From: an uncultured Solirubrobacterales bacterium
GTDB taxonomy: Bacteria > Actinomycetota > Thermoleophilia > Solirubrobacterales > 70-9
NCBI GenBank assembly: GCA_963715395.1
Contig: OY970238.1
Span: forward strand, 928,858 to 992,857
Direction: 5' to 3'
DNA: 64,000 nt
The notes under the pieces: generated by a model
What the model was told of the DNA's origin: nothing
Database searches by the model: none
What the model saw: only the letters and a program-made list of their open reading frames with translations
Part shown: in pieces, positions 40,599 through 52,216 of the stretch
How positions within the stretch are numbered: position 1 is the first letter of the stretch
Layout of the letters: each line of letters starts with the position of its first letter
Position numbers and translations under genes: made by a program

Positions 40599-43222
40599 CT
40601 ACTTCGCCGTAAGCCAGTCGGGGCCGACACCGATGTCGACCTCGAGCGGCGGGTCGAGCTGGTAGGCGGCGCACATCTCGCGCCGCACCAGCTCGGTCGC
40701 CCCTTCCATCTCCCCCGGCGGGCCCTCGAACAGCAGCTCGTCGTGGATCTGGAGCACCAGGCGCGTCTCCCCCCCGGTCTCGCGCAGCGCCCGCTGGCAG
40801 CGCACCATCGCCACCTTGATGATGTCCGCCGCGGTGCCCTGGATCACCGTGTTGACCGCCAGCCGCTCACCGAGGCGGCGGGTGTTGGGGTTGCCGGAGC
40901 GCAGCTCGGGGATCTGACGACGCCGACCCATCAGGGTCGTCACGTAGCCCTCCTCCTGCGCCCGCTCGACCACCTGCTCGCGGAAGGCACGGACGGCGGG
41001 AAAGCGCTCCAGGTAGCGGGCGACGAATTCCTCGCCCTCCTTGCGGGGGATGTTGAGCCGGTCGGCGAGGCCGAACCCGGTCAGCCCGTAGACGATCCCG
41101 AAGTTGACCATCTTCGCCTTCGAGCGCTGGCCGACGTCGACTTCGTCGCGGCCGATCTCGAAGACCTCGGCCGCGGTCGCGGCATGGACGTCTTCGCCGG
41201 CGTGGAAGACGTCCTTCAGCACTTTCTCGTCGGCGACGTGGGCGAGCACCCGAAGCTCGACCTGGCTGTAGTCGGCCGAGAGCAACTGCGCTCCCTTTTC
41301 AGCCACGAAGCAGGCACGGACGGGGCGGCCGATCTCGGTCCGGATCGGGATGTTCTGCAGGTTGGGGTTGGTACTGGAGAGGCGGCCGGTGGTCGTCGCC
41401 GCCTGGTTGAAGGTGGTGTGGACGCGGCCGGTCTCGGGGTCGATCAGGTCCGGCAGCGAGTCGAGGTAGGTGTTCTTCAGCTTCGTCAGCTCGCGCCAGG
41501 ACTCGACCTTCTCGACGATCGGGTGCTCGTCACGGATCTGCGCGAGTACCCGGGCGTCGGTCGAGAAGCCGGTTTTGCCGCGGCGCTTGCGGGTCAGCTC
41601 GAGCTTCTCGAAGAGGATGCGGCCGACCTGCTGCGGAGAGCCGATCGTGAACTCCTCCTCGGCCAGCTCGAAGATCTCCTTTTCCAGGGTGTCGATGCGC
41701 TCGCCGAAGCCGGCGCCGACCTCGGCCAGGCGCTCGGCGTCGAGCTTCAGCCCCTCCCGCTCCATCGCCGCCAGCACGTGGACCAGTGGCAGCTCGACCT
41801 CGCGCAGCAGCTTCTCCAGCCCCAGCTCGGCGATCCGCGGCCGCTGCACGTCGGCGAGGGCGGCGACCAGGCGCGCTTCCTCGGGCGGGTCGAGCCCGGC
41901 CTCGACCTCCTCGCCGAGCGCGAGCTGGCCGTCGTCCTCGTCGGGCGGCGCGGCGGCGCCCTCGGCGAGGCCGATCCCGGCGTCGGCCGCCAGCTCGGTC
42001 AGCTCGTAGGTGCGGCGCTGCGGCTCCAGCAGGTAGGCCGCGATCATCGTGTCGTGCTCGAGCGAGAGCGCCGCGTTCTCGCGGGCCGCGGCGGCGAGCA
42101 GGCCGTGGCGGCCACCGCCGAGCGACTTGGCGTCGTGGGCGAGCAGCAGCCGGCCGGCGAGCGCGACCGCCAGCTCGTCGTGGCTGGCGTCGCCGGCGAG
42201 GATCCGCTCGCCCTCGGCGGCGGCCCAGCGGTCGCCGGAGATCGCCAGCGCCAACGGTCCCTCGCCGAGGTCGTCGGGCGAGCCCTCCTCGACCTCGACC
42301 TCAAGCTCGCGCTCTACGCTGCGGCCGGGGACCGCCTGCCCCTCCGGCAGCGCTTCTTCCAGCCGCTCCAGCACCGCCCGCAGCTCGAACTCGCGCATGA
42401 AGTCGCGGAGGGCGCCGCGGTCGGGCTCGGAGCTCATCGCCGCGGACAGGTCGACCCCGGTTTCGATGTCGTACCGCAGCGTCGCCAACTCCTTCGACAT
42501 GCGGGCGTCGTCGGCGTGCTCGACCAGGTTCTGTTTGCGTTTGGCGCCGGAGATCTTGTCGACGTTGCCGAGAACGTCCTCCAGCGTCCCGAACTCCCGC
42601 AGCAACTGGGTCGCGGTTTTCTCGCCGATCCCGGGGACGCCGGGGATGTTGTCGGAGGTGTCGCCGCGCAGCCCCATCAGGTCCGTGATCGACTGAGGGG
42701 GAACCCCGTAGCGCTCGAGAACCGCATCGCTGTCGTAGATCTTGGTCTCGGTGATCCCGCGCGAGGTGCTCATTACCCGCACCCCCTCGCCCACAAGCTG
42801 GTAGGCGTCGCGGTCGCCCGTCACGACCATCACCTCGATCCCCTCTTCGCGCGCCTGGCGGACCAGCGAGGCGATCACGTCGTCGGCCTCGAAGCCTTCG
42901 ACCTTGACGTTGGTGTAGCCGAAGGCTTCGACCAGGGGCATCAGGTGCGGCCATTGCTCCCGCAGCAGGTCGGGCCGCGGTTTGCGCTGGGCCTTGTAGA
43001 GGTCGTAGGTGACCTCGCGCCCGGACATCCCCGCGTCCCAGGCGACGACGACCCCGGCCGGGTGGTGCTCGTCGATGATTTTCACCAGCATCGAGGCGAG
43101 CCCGTAGATCGCGTTGGTCGGGCGCCCGTCGCTGGTCCCGATCGACTCCGGCAGCGCGAAGAACGCTCGGTAGGCGAGCGAGTTGCCGTCGATGAGGAAG
43201 AGCTCTGGGGCGTCGGCGGCCA
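40599..43222 (-). CDS. polA: DNA polymerase I (5' nuclease + polymerase; the 3'-5' exonuclease motif looks degenerate)
   Basis: The ORF reads MAADAPELFLIDGNSLAYRAFFAL...GDRDAYQL...GVPGIGEKTA...DYSQVELRVLAH...QIHDELLFE. I chose the ATG at 43222 as the start. No DTE-type ExoI motif is evident in the middle domain. Confidence 0.92.
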
Positions 43223-43234
43223 TCGACGCCCACT

Positions 43235-44089
43235 CTATGAGGAGAGGCCGAGGGCGTCCCGCAGGTCGGCCGCAATCTCCGCGGGCTGCTCGTTGAGCTG
43301 CAATTCGCTGAAGCGATGGACGGCGAAGCCGCGCCGCCGCAGATCCAGATCGCGCGCGTGGTCGTCCTGAAAGGCGACGCGGCCACGGTGGTAGTCGTAG
43401 AAGTCCGTCTCCACCGCGACCCGCTCCTCTCGCCAGAGGAAGTCGACGGTCCAGCGGCCGACGCGGACGTTGACCTCGGGAGCGGGCAGGCGATGGCGGC
43501 GACAGAGCCGAAGGAAGTCCCGCTCGAGGTCGCTGCGTGAGCCGTCGGTCTCGATTCCGAGGGGGAACCCGGCCAGTTCCGCCTGCCGCGTTGCCCGGCG
43601 GACGAGGCGGGGCGGCAGGACGCCGTCGATGTCCGCGATCGTCTGGGCGGGGGTCGTGACCGGGATGCCGAGGCGCCGAGTGACCTGGTTCGCTTCGAGG
43701 GACGTGCGTCGATGAACTCGGAGACCGCGGCGCCTTTTCCGACCGCCGCGGGTTGGAACTGAAACGTGAGGCGGCCCTGGGAGTGGCCGCAGCAGTCCCC
43801 AGAGCACCGCCGCGCTCCCATGGCTGAGCGCCGCTCCGTCCCCGCAGGCGAGGACGGCCGCCATCCATTCCCTCTCACGCGAGGGAGCGCGGTGACCCAC
43901 TGCGTATACGCCCTGATGAACGCGGTGAAGACGGCCGGCCTTCGCGCGCTTGTAGACCGCATTCTTCTCAACTCCCAATCCGCGAAGCTGGGTGGCGGAA
44001 ACGACTCCGTGCTGCCCAGCCGCTAGCGCCGCGATCGCTTGGTCGACTGGGGCGCGAAAGTCACCCATGGGGTGACTAAGTCGACCCAC
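43235..44089 (-). CDS. DUF559 (Vsr-like endonuclease fold) protein with an AbiEi-like N-terminal wHTH
   Basis: The N-terminus contains GQHGVVSATQLRGLGVEKNAVYKRAKAGRLHRVHQGVYAVG. The C-terminus contains ...ERDFLRLCRRHRLPAPEVNVRVGRWTVDFLWREERVAVETD. Confidence 0.75.
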   Translation of the reverse strand: MGRLSHPMGDFRAPVDQAIAALAAGQHGVVSATQLRGLGVEKNAVYKRAKAGRLHRVHQGVYAVGHRAPSREREWMAAVLACGDGAALSHGSAAVLWGLLRPLPGPPHVSVPTRGGRKRRRGLRVHRRTSLEANQVTRRLGIPVTTPAQTIADIDGVLPPRLVRRATRQAELAGFPLGIETDGSRSDLERDFLRLCRRHRLPAPEVNVRVGRWTVDFLWREERVAVETDFYDYHRGRVAFQDDHARDLDLRRRGFAVHRFSELQLNEQPAEIAADLRDALGLSS

Positions 44090-44133
44090 CCCCTATCTCT
44101 CCCCCATGTGCGCGGAGAGTTGGTGCGATCAAT

Positions 44134-44169
44134 GAGCTCGATTCGAGTCAACGCGCGTTGGGCGAGCTC
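44134..44169 (-). terminator. Nested palindromic hairpin after the 44191-45138 gene
   Basis: The outer arms gagctcg/cgagctc enclose the 12-bp palindrome caacgcgcgttg, about 20 nt after the stop at 44191. Confidence 0.4.
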
Positions 44170-44190
44170 CGCAGTGAGAGCGGCGTTCGC

Positions 44191-45138
44191 TCAGCAGCGG
44201 ATGAGGCTGCTGTCTTCGCGCCTGCACGCGGGGACGAGCCTGGCTCGCACCCGGGAGCCCGTAAGTGGGATTGCCGAACGGCCGGGGAGGTCGACGGTCA
44301 GGTTCCCGGTCCAGCGGTTGACGGCAGCGGCGCCGCGACGGTAGGTCGCCCGTCCCGAGAACGGCGACGGCGGCTCGAGGGTCGCCGTGCGCAGCAGCGG
44401 GTCGTAGTCGAAGGCATCGGCGCCCGCCCACACCGTCGTGCTGCGCGAGATCCCGATCCGCCCACGCTTTTCGTCGACCTCGACTTCGAAGCGGGAACGC
44501 GCGCCGGGGCGGTTCTTGTTCGCCTGCAGGTCGAGGCGAACCGGTCCGCCGCGGGATAGGAGGCGCAATTTCGCGCCGAGAAGTCCCTCGCCACCGGCTT
44601 CGCCGCCAACACCCCCACCGCAGACGATGTCGAGGAAGAAACGGGGGTATTCGTGCAGCGTCGTCGCGCTCGCTTCCGTGTACCCCTCCTCGCCGTGAAA
44701 CTCGAAGGCGCCACGGTAAATGTTGGGTTCGCCCCTCACGGGCTCACCGCCGCAGCGGGATCGCAGCGTCTGCTTCGTTCCCGAGGGCGCGATGTCGAGT
44801 GAGTGGCCGATGTAGCGCTCTACCGCCCACATCCGCGTCATCTCGTCGAGATCGGCGACCGCGCCCATCCCGTCCGACCAGTCGCCGGCTTCGTCGTTGG
44901 CAGCGACGATCAGCGCTTCCAGGTCTTCCCTTTTGGAGCCTTTGCCCTCGTCCACCTCGAATGCCGCCCCGCCAACTTTCATCTCAAAGGTCCCGCAGAC
45001 GTACTCGTCAGGTTCAAGTTCGAGAGCCTCGATCGACTCGGGCGAGAGGCCGAGGTCGAGTTCGACGACCGTGTTCGGATCGAACGTCGCGCAAACCGCG
45101 CGCGCAAACGCGCCTATCCCCATTCGACTCGACTTCAA
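44191..45138 (-). CDS. Hypothetical protein; paralog of 15149-16273 with no obvious signal peptide
   Basis: It shares the blocks YRGAFEFHGEEGYTE and PFSGRATY...WTGNLTVDLPG...PLTG with the other copy. Its N-terminal roughly 100 aa are acidic and unrelated to the other copy. Confidence 0.6.
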   Translation of the reverse strand: MKSSRMGIGAFARAVCATFDPNTVVELDLGLSPESIEALELEPDEYVCGTFEMKVGGAAFEVDEGKGSKREDLEALIVAANDEAGDWSDGMGAVADLDEMTRMWAVERYIGHSLDIAPSGTKQTLRSRCGGEPVRGEPNIYRGAFEFHGEEGYTEASATTLHEYPRFFLDIVCGGGVGGEAGGEGLLGAKLRLLSRGGPVRLDLQANKNRPGARSRFEVEVDEKRGRIGISRSTTVWAGADAFDYDPLLRTATLEPPSPFSGRATYRRGAAAVNRWTGNLTVDLPGRSAIPLTGSRVRARLVPACRREDSSLIRC

Positions 45139-45227
45139 GATCTCTGAGTGTATGGAGACTTCGGCCAGAGATACGACCGAGCAGGCCGAAACGGGTCGCG
45201 GGCGAGGAATCTGATTCGATAGCCGCC

Positions 45228-46688
45228 ATGGCCGTCAGCGCGCAATACAGCGTCACGATCCGGGTCGAGCTCGACGCACGGCAGGAGCCGCTGGGCAAAC
45301 TGACCGCGGCGATCGCCGAGGCCGGCGGGCAGTTGCAGGGCGTCGACCTGGTCCCCGGCGCCGGCCCGGAGGGCAAGCGGGTGCGCGAGTTCACGATCGA
45401 CGCCCAGGACCGCGAGCACTGGGAGCGGATCCTGCGGGCGATCGGGTCGACCCGCGGCGCCAAGGTGCTCGATTACGTCGACCGCACGATGCAGATGCAC
45501 CGGGGCGGCAAGATCGACATGCATAACAAGTACCCGGTGAAGACCCGTGACGACCTCTCGATGGCCTACACGCCCGGCGTCGCCCGCGTCTGCATGGACA
45601 TCCACGAGGACCGCACCAAGGCCTTCGAGTACACGATCAAGAAAAACACCGTCGCGGTCGTCTCCGACGGCAGCGCCGTGCTCGGCCTCGGCAACATCGG
45701 CCCGGAGGCGGCGATGCCGGTGATGGAGGGAAAGTGCATGCTGTTCAAAGAGTTCGCCGGCGTCGACGCCTTCCCGATCTGCCTCGACACCCAGGACGCC
45801 GACGAGATCGTCAAGGCGGTGGAGCTGATGGCGCCGACCTTCGGCGGCATCAACCTCGAGGACATCTCCGCCCCGCGCTGCTTCGAGATCGAGGACCGGC
45901 TGAAGGAGTCGCTCGACATCCCCGTCTTCCACGACGACCAGCACGGCACCGCGGTGGTGACGATGGCGGCGCTGTTCAACGCGCTGAAGATCGTCGAGAA
46001 GCCGATCGAGCAGATGCGGGTCCTGGTGGTTGGCCTCGGCGCGGCCGGGGTAGCGGTAACGAAGATGATGCTCGCCTCGGGGATCACCCAGATCGTCGGC
46101 TGCGACCGCACAGGAGCGCTCTCGACCGAGCGCGAGGACTACGTCTCCGGCGAGATGAACGAGGCCAAGCGCTGGTACGCGGAGAACACGAACCCCGAGA
46201 AGGTCGGCGGCCAGCCCGACGACGTGATCGCGGGGATGGACATCTTCGTCGGCCTCTCCGGCCCCGGGATCATCCAGGCCGAGTCGCTGGGCAAGATGAA
46301 CGACGACGCGATCGTCTTCGCGATGGCCAACCCGACGCCCGAGGTGATGCCGGAGGAGGCCGCTCCCTACGTACGGATCATGGCCACGGGCCGCTCGGAC
46401 TACCCGAACCAGATCAACAACGTCCTTGCCTTCCCCGGGATCTTCCGCGGCGCCCTCGACGCCGGCGCCCCCAGCATCACCGAGGAGATGAAGCTGGCGG
46501 CGGCCAAGGGGATCGCCGAAACGGTCTCCGACGACGACCTCGCCGAGGACTACATCATCCCCAGCGTCTTCAACCGCGACGTCGCCCCGAAGGTCGCCCA
46601 AGCGGTGGTCGAGGAGGCCAAGCGCGACGGCATCGCCCGCCTCAACGAGGAGACCGGCACCTTCGCCACCGTGGACGGCGACCAGTGA
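45228..46688 (+). CDS. NAD(P)-dependent malic enzyme with an N-terminal ACT-like domain
   Basis: The ORF reads ...LSMAYTPGVARVC...VVSDGSAVLGLGNIGPEAAMPVMEGKCMLFKEFAGVDAFPI...FGGINLEDISAPRCFEIE...HDDQHGTA.. and is intact. Confidence 0.9.
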   Translation: MAVSAQYSVTIRVELDARQEPLGKLTAAIAEAGGQLQGVDLVPGAGPEGKRVREFTIDAQDREHWERILRAIGSTRGAKVLDYVDRTMQMHRGGKIDMHNKYPVKTRDDLSMAYTPGVARVCMDIHEDRTKAFEYTIKKNTVAVVSDGSAVLGLGNIGPEAAMPVMEGKCMLFKEFAGVDAFPICLDTQDADEIVKAVELMAPTFGGINLEDISAPRCFEIEDRLKESLDIPVFHDDQHGTAVVTMAALFNALKIVEKPIEQMRVLVVGLGAAGVAVTKMMLASGITQIVGCDRTGALSTEREDYVSGEMNEAKRWYAENTNPEKVGGQPDDVIAGMDIFVGLSGPGIIQAESLGKMNDDAIVFAMANPTPEVMPEEAAPYVRIMATGRSDYPNQINNVLAFPGIFRGALDAGAPSITEEMKLAAAKGIAETVSDDDLAEDYIIPSVFNRDVAPKVAQAVVEEAKRDGIARLNEETGTFATVDGDQ

Positions 46689-46707
46689 GAGGCCGGGCGC
46701 CAGCGCC

Positions 46708-47613
46708 GTGAAGGTGCTCGTCACCGGAGCCAGCGGCCTGATCGGCGCGGCACTGTGTGACTCGCTGCTCGACCGGGGCGACGAGGTGGTCGGCCTCAGC
46801 CGCGACCCGGCCAGGGCGCGGCTCGCCAAGCCGGAGATCGACTGGCGCCGCTGGGAGCCGACGCTGGAACGCCCCCCGGGCGAGGCGTTCGAGGGGGTCG
46901 AAGGCGTGGTCAACCTGGTCGGCGAGAAGATCAACCAACGCTGGACCGAGGCGGCGAAGAAACGGATGATGGAGAGCCGGCGCACGGCGACCCACAACCT
47001 GGTCGGGACGATCGCCGGTCTCGAGCAGCGCCCCAAGGTGCTGGTCAACCAATCGGCGGTCGGCTACTACGGCGACCGCGGCGACGCGGTGGTCGACGAG
47101 TCGACCGGGCCGGGATCGAGCTTCGACTCCGAGGTCGTGCAGGCCTGGGAGAAGGCGGCGCACGAGGTCGAGGCCGAGGGAGTACGGCTCGCGATCCTGC
47201 GCAGCGGCCAGATCCTCGACCCCAAGGGCGGCCTACTCGGAGAGCTGCTGACGCCGTTCAAGCTCGGCGTCGGGGGGCCGCTCGCCGGCGGCGCCCAGTA
47301 CCTCTCCTGGATCCACGCCGAGGACGAGGTGGGGCTGCTGATCTGGGCTCTCGGCGAGGAGGACGTCTCCGGGGCGCTCAACGCCACGTCCCCGAATCCG
47401 GCCACCAACCACGACTTCTCGAAGGCCCTGGGGCGCGCGCTCGGGCGGCCCGCGGTCGTGCCCGTCCCAGGCTTCGTCCTCGACCTCAAATTCGGCGGTG
47501 AGTTCGGGAAGGTCCTCCGGGGCGGCCAGCGCGTGGTGCCCAAACGAGCACAGGAGCTCGGCTACGAGTTCAAGCACCCAGACCTGGACGAGGCGCTCGG
47601 GGACCTGCTCTAG
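46708..47613 (+). CDS. YfcH/TIGR01777-type SDR epimerase-family protein (DUF1731 C-terminus)
   Basis: The ORF reads MKVLVTGASGLIGAAL...QSAVGYYG...YLSWIHAEDEV...ELGYEFKHPDLDEAL. Confidence 0.8.
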   Translation: MKVLVTGASGLIGAALCDSLLDRGDEVVGLSRDPARARLAKPEIDWRRWEPTLERPPGEAFEGVEGVVNLVGEKINQRWTEAAKKRMMESRRTATHNLVGTIAGLEQRPKVLVNQSAVGYYGDRGDAVVDESTGPGSSFDSEVVQAWEKAAHEVEAEGVRLAILRSGQILDPKGGLLGELLTPFKLGVGGPLAGGAQYLSWIHAEDEVGLLIWALGEEDVSGALNATSPNPATNHDFSKALGRALGRPAVVPVPGFVLDLKFGGEFGKVLRGGQRVVPKRAQELGYEFKHPDLDEALGDLL

Positions 47614-48071
47614 TCCTCGCCCAATTCCTCGCGCACCGATTCGCGTAAGGCGTCCAGGTCGGCATCGGCGATCGCGGCCAGCAGGCGCGACATCGCCGCA
47701 CGGCCGGAGTCGCTGTCGATCCAGGCGATCCCGGCTTCGTCGAGGATCGGCCGGGAGAAGCGGGTGGCGGGACCCGGGAGCTCGAGATACCCGACCGCGG
47801 TCGAGTCCTCGGTCGCGCGGCGGGCGTTGGCACCGACCATGGCGAGATCCAGCCGCTCGCCCGATTGCTGATCGGCGAGACAGAGGACGCGGACGCGCAC
47901 CTCGCCGGCTTGGCCCCCTTTACGCGCGAGCTCCTCCTCGGCTTCGGCGCAAAGCGATGCCGCCACGTAGACACTCACCGTCGACCCCTCCGCGACCCCT
48001 TCCTCCTCCCCACATCCGACCGCGACCGCGAGCAGGGCGCAGAGAGCCGCGAGCGCGGCCCCTCTAGCCAA
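47610..48071 (-). CDS. Small lipoprotein of unknown function
   Basis: It has a lipobox (LLAVAVGCG). The 153-aa length could mean it is a remnant of a periplasmic-binding-fold protein, which is speculative. Confidence 0.55.
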   Translation of the reverse strand: MARGAALAALCALLAVAVGCGEEEGVAEGSTVSVYVAASLCAEAEEELARKGGQAGEVRVRVLCLADQQSGERLDLAMVGANARRATEDSTAVGYLELPGPATRFSRPILDEAGIAWIDSDSGRAAMSRLLAAIADADLDALRESVREELGED

Positions 48072-49092
48072 AGAAGACCTCGGCCTCGGAGTAGAGCGAC
48101 TCCGGCACCGTCTTCAACTCGGCGGTCGCCTCGGTCAGTTGCACGAGCTGGATCTCCGTACCGCGCAGGGCGGTCATCGTGCCCCACCTGCCGGCGTCGG
48201 CGGCGTCGATCGCGTGCAGCCCGAAGCGGGTCGCGAGGACCCGGTCGAAAGCGGTCGGCGTGCCGCCGCGCTGGACGTGGCCGAGCACCGTCGCCCGCGT
48301 CTCTTTGCCGGTCCGGCGCTCGATCTCACCCTCCAGCCAGTGCCCGATCCCGCCCAGACGGGCGTGGCCGAAGGCGTCGAGCTTCTCGTCCTCCTGGCTG
48401 GGCACGCCGCCGACCGGCTGCGCCCCCTCGGCGACGACGATGATCGGCGCGAACTGGCTGGCGAAGCGCCGCCCGACCAGGTCGCAGACCTGCTCGACGT
48501 CGAACTCGCGCTCCGGGATCAAGATCACGTTGGCGCCACCGGCGAGTCCTGCGTGGAAGGCGATCCAGCCGGCGTGGCGGCCCATCACCTCGACGATCAG
48601 GACCCGGTGGTGGCTGTCGGCGGTCGTGTGCAGGCGGTCGATCGCCTCCATCGCGATGTTGACCGCGGTGTCGAAGCCGAAGGTGTAATCGGTGGCGCTG
48701 AGGTCGTTGTCGATCGTCTTCGGCACGCCGATCACGGGCACGCCGAACTCCTCGTGCAGGCGCGAGGCGGCCCCGAGCGTGTCCTCGCCGCCGATCGCGA
48801 TCAGGCCCTCCACCCGGGCCGCGGCGATGTTGGCGACGATCTGCTCGGGCCCGCCCTCGTCCTTGAACGGGTTGGTCCGGGAGGAGCCGAGGATGGTGCC
48901 CCCGCGGGGCAGGATTCCCCGCACCTCAGGCACGCCGAGCGGCCGGCTGTCGCCCTCCAGCGGCCCGCGCCAGCCATCGCGGTAGCCGACGAACTCGTGG
49001 CCGAAGTTGCCCACGCCTTTGCGGACGACGGCCCTGATGACCGCGTTGAGGCCGGGGCAATCGCCGCCGCCGGTGAGCACTCCAATCCGCAT
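48064..49092 (-). CDS. pfkA: 6-phosphofructokinase (actinobacterial ATP/PPi type)
   Basis: The ORF reads MRIGVLTGGGDCPGLNAVIRAVV...GGEDTLG...PKTIDNDL...MGRHAGW...GHVQRGG and is intact. Confidence 0.9.
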   Translation of the reverse strand: MRIGVLTGGGDCPGLNAVIRAVVRKGVGNFGHEFVGYRDGWRGPLEGDSRPLGVPEVRGILPRGGTILGSSRTNPFKDEGGPEQIVANIAAARVEGLIAIGGEDTLGAASRLHEEFGVPVIGVPKTIDNDLSATDYTFGFDTAVNIAMEAIDRLHTTADSHHRVLIVEVMGRHAGWIAFHAGLAGGANVILIPEREFDVEQVCDLVGRRFASQFAPIIVVAEGAQPVGGVPSQEDEKLDAFGHARLGGIGHWLEGEIERRTGKETRATVLGHVQRGGTPTAFDRVLATRFGLHAIDAADAGRWGTMTALRGTEIQLVQLTEATAELKTVPESLYSEAEVFFG

Positions 49093-49164
49093 CGGCTCAC
49101 TTTAGGCACTGACACCCCTGGGCGCGAAGAGGTAACTTCGGTGGGCCCCCGAGGAGGAGAAACG

Positions 49165-49980
49165 ATGAACGATTCACCGGATCTTTCAGCGGTAACCCAG
49201 GTCCAGCAACAGACCTGGTCCAAGGGCGACTTCGCGATGGTCGCGAGCATCGTCTACAACGCCAGCGAGAACCTCGCCGAGGCGCTCGACATCGTCCCCG
49301 ACGAGCAGGTGCTGGACGTCGCCTGCGGCAGCGGCAACGGCGCGATCTCCGCGGCGCGGCGGGCATGGGGCAACACGGTCGGCGCCGACTACGTTCCGTC
49401 GCTGCTGGAGCGCGGACGCGAGCGTGCGGCCGCCGAGCGGCTCGACATCGAGTTCGTCGAGGCGGATGCCCAGGACCTGCCCTTCGAGGACGGCAGCTTC
49501 GACGTCGCGATGTCGATCTTCGGCGCGATGTTCGCCCCCGACCAGGAGAAGGCCGCGGCCGAGCTGCTGCGGGTGGTCAAACCGGGCGGCCGGATCGGGA
49601 TGGCCAACTGGTGCCCGGACGGCTCCGTCGGCACGATGTTCAAGACGATCTCCAAACACGCCCCGCCACCCGCCGGGCTCGACTCGCCGCTGCTGTGGGG
49701 AACCGAGGACCGGGTCCGCGAGCTGTTCGCGGACGAAGTCTCCGAGCTGCGAGCCGAGCGCCGCATCTCCCGCCAGCCGTTCCGTTCACCCGATCACTAC
49801 ATCGAGTTCTTCCGCACCTACTTCGGCCCCACCCAGGCCGCCTACGAACGGGTCGGCAGCGAGGGCGAGCAGGCCCTGACCGACGACCTGCGCTCGTTCC
49901 TGGAAGCGCAAAACACCGCCGGAGACCGGGCGATGGTGCTCGAGGGCGATTACCTCGAGGTAATCGCCACCCGTGCCTAG
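49165..49980 (+). CDS. Class I SAM-dependent methyltransferase
   Basis: It starts at ATG 49165 after GAGGAGGA. It has motif I (VLDVACGSGNG) and LRVVKPGGRIGMANW. Confidence 0.8.
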   Translation: MNDSPDLSAVTQVQQQTWSKGDFAMVASIVYNASENLAEALDIVPDEQVLDVACGSGNGAISAARRAWGNTVGADYVPSLLERGRERAAAERLDIEFVEADAQDLPFEDGSFDVAMSIFGAMFAPDQEKAAAELLRVVKPGGRIGMANWCPDGSVGTMFKTISKHAPPPAGLDSPLLWGTEDRVRELFADEVSELRAERRISRQPFRSPDHYIEFFRTYFGPTQAAYERVGSEGEQALTDDLRSFLEAQNTAGDRAMVLEGDYLEVIATRA

Positions 49981-50079
49981 CCGCGCGCTAGCCGGCGCAT
50001 CTCGGCGTCCTCGGTCGCTCGTGTGCGGAGCACACGTCGCTCCCTGCGTCCTTGACCTGCTTGGTTAGCGCGCGGCTAG
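49977..50079. repeat. 14-bp perfect inverted repeat bracketing a 75-nt convergent intergenic gap that has an inner hairpin
   Basis: The arms are ctagccgcgcgcta (49977-49990) and tagcgcgcggctag (50066-50079). The inner hairpin is gtgtgc-gga-gcacac (50021-50035). Both flanking stop codons lie inside the arms. Confidence 0.6.
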
Positions 50080-50225
50080 CTCGGTTTAGGCGCGATAACG
50101 CGGATCCCCGCGCCAATGAGCAACACGGTGAAGAAGACCATGCCGGCGATCGGGCCACCCTGCCCGAGGGCGTAGGAGACCGTCATCGCGGCGACGGCAA
50201 GGAAGAGAGTTACGACCATTCCCAT
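50076..50225 (-). CDS. Possible 49-aa two-TM membrane peptide downstream of trpA
   Basis: The translation is MGMVVTLFLAVAAMTVSYALGQGGPIAGMVFFTVLLIGAGIRVIAPKPS. The call rests only on hydrophobicity and position. Confidence 0.4.
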   Translation of the reverse strand: MGMVVTLFLAVAAMTVSYALGQGGPIAGMVFFTVLLIGAGIRVIAPKPS

Positions 50226-50238
50226 TGCGGCGGGAAGC

Positions 50239-51049
50239 CTAGCGCGCGAGGGCGACGCGCGTCTCGCTGAGGAAGGCGGCGACCCCGTCCGCGGCGGCCG
50301 CGGCTGAATCCCCCTCGCCGGCGGCACGGACCAGGCGGCTGCCGATGATGACGCCGTCGGCGATCCGTCCCACCTCCGCCGCCTGCTCAGGCGTGCCGAT
50401 GCCGAAGCCGACCGCGACCGGGACGTCCGAGTCGGCCTTGGTCGACGCCACCAGCTCGGCGAGGGCGGCGGGGATCTCGGCCCGCTCGCCAGTCGTCCCG
50501 ACCGTGGAGACGACGTAGACGAAGCCGCGCGCGACGGCGCAGATCCGCGCCCGCCGCTCGGCCGGCGTCGTCGGCGCTACAAGCGGCACCAGCGCGAGCC
50601 CGGCCGCGCCGAACTCCTCCCGCACGTCCTCCGCCTCGCCCAGCGGCAGGTCAGGCACGATCACCCCGGCGGCGCCCGCGGCAATCGCCAGCCGTGCGAA
50701 CTCCGCCGCACCCCCGTGCGCAAGCACCATGTTCGCGTAGGCCATCAGCACGACCGGCACCCGATCCGAGACCGAACGACAAACCTCCAGCGCCGTAGAA
50801 AGCGTCGCCCCCGCCTCCAGCGCCGCCGTTGCGGCGGCGTGGATGGTCGGACCATCGGCAAGCGGATCGGAAAAAGGGACGCCCAGCTCAATCAGATCGG
50901 CCCCGGAGTCCACATAAGCCTCAGCTACCGCAAGAGAGGATTCCCGATCCGGGTACCCAGCCATCATGTAAGGCATCAACGCCGCCCGGCCGTCGCCCTT
51001 TGCGGCTTCGAAGGCTGCCGCGATCCGCTCGACACCAGTCGCGGTGACC

Positions 51050-51072
<23 letters not shown>
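50239..51072 (-). CDS. trpA: Tryptophan synthase alpha chain
   Basis: The ORF reads ...[11 protein letters not shown]...[17 protein letters not shown]...[13 protein letters not shown].. Confidence 0.9.

Positions 51073-52212
<1,140 letters not shown>

Positions 52213-52216
<4 letters not shown>

Noticed and set aside
43235-45138. The DUF559/AbiEi-like gene plus the neighbouring hypothetical gene as a mobile element or defence island.
   Set aside because: I saw no integrase, transposase, flanking direct repeats, tRNA target or compositional break. DUF559 proteins are common solitary genes in high-GC Gram-positives. I kept it only as a note under the paralog finding.
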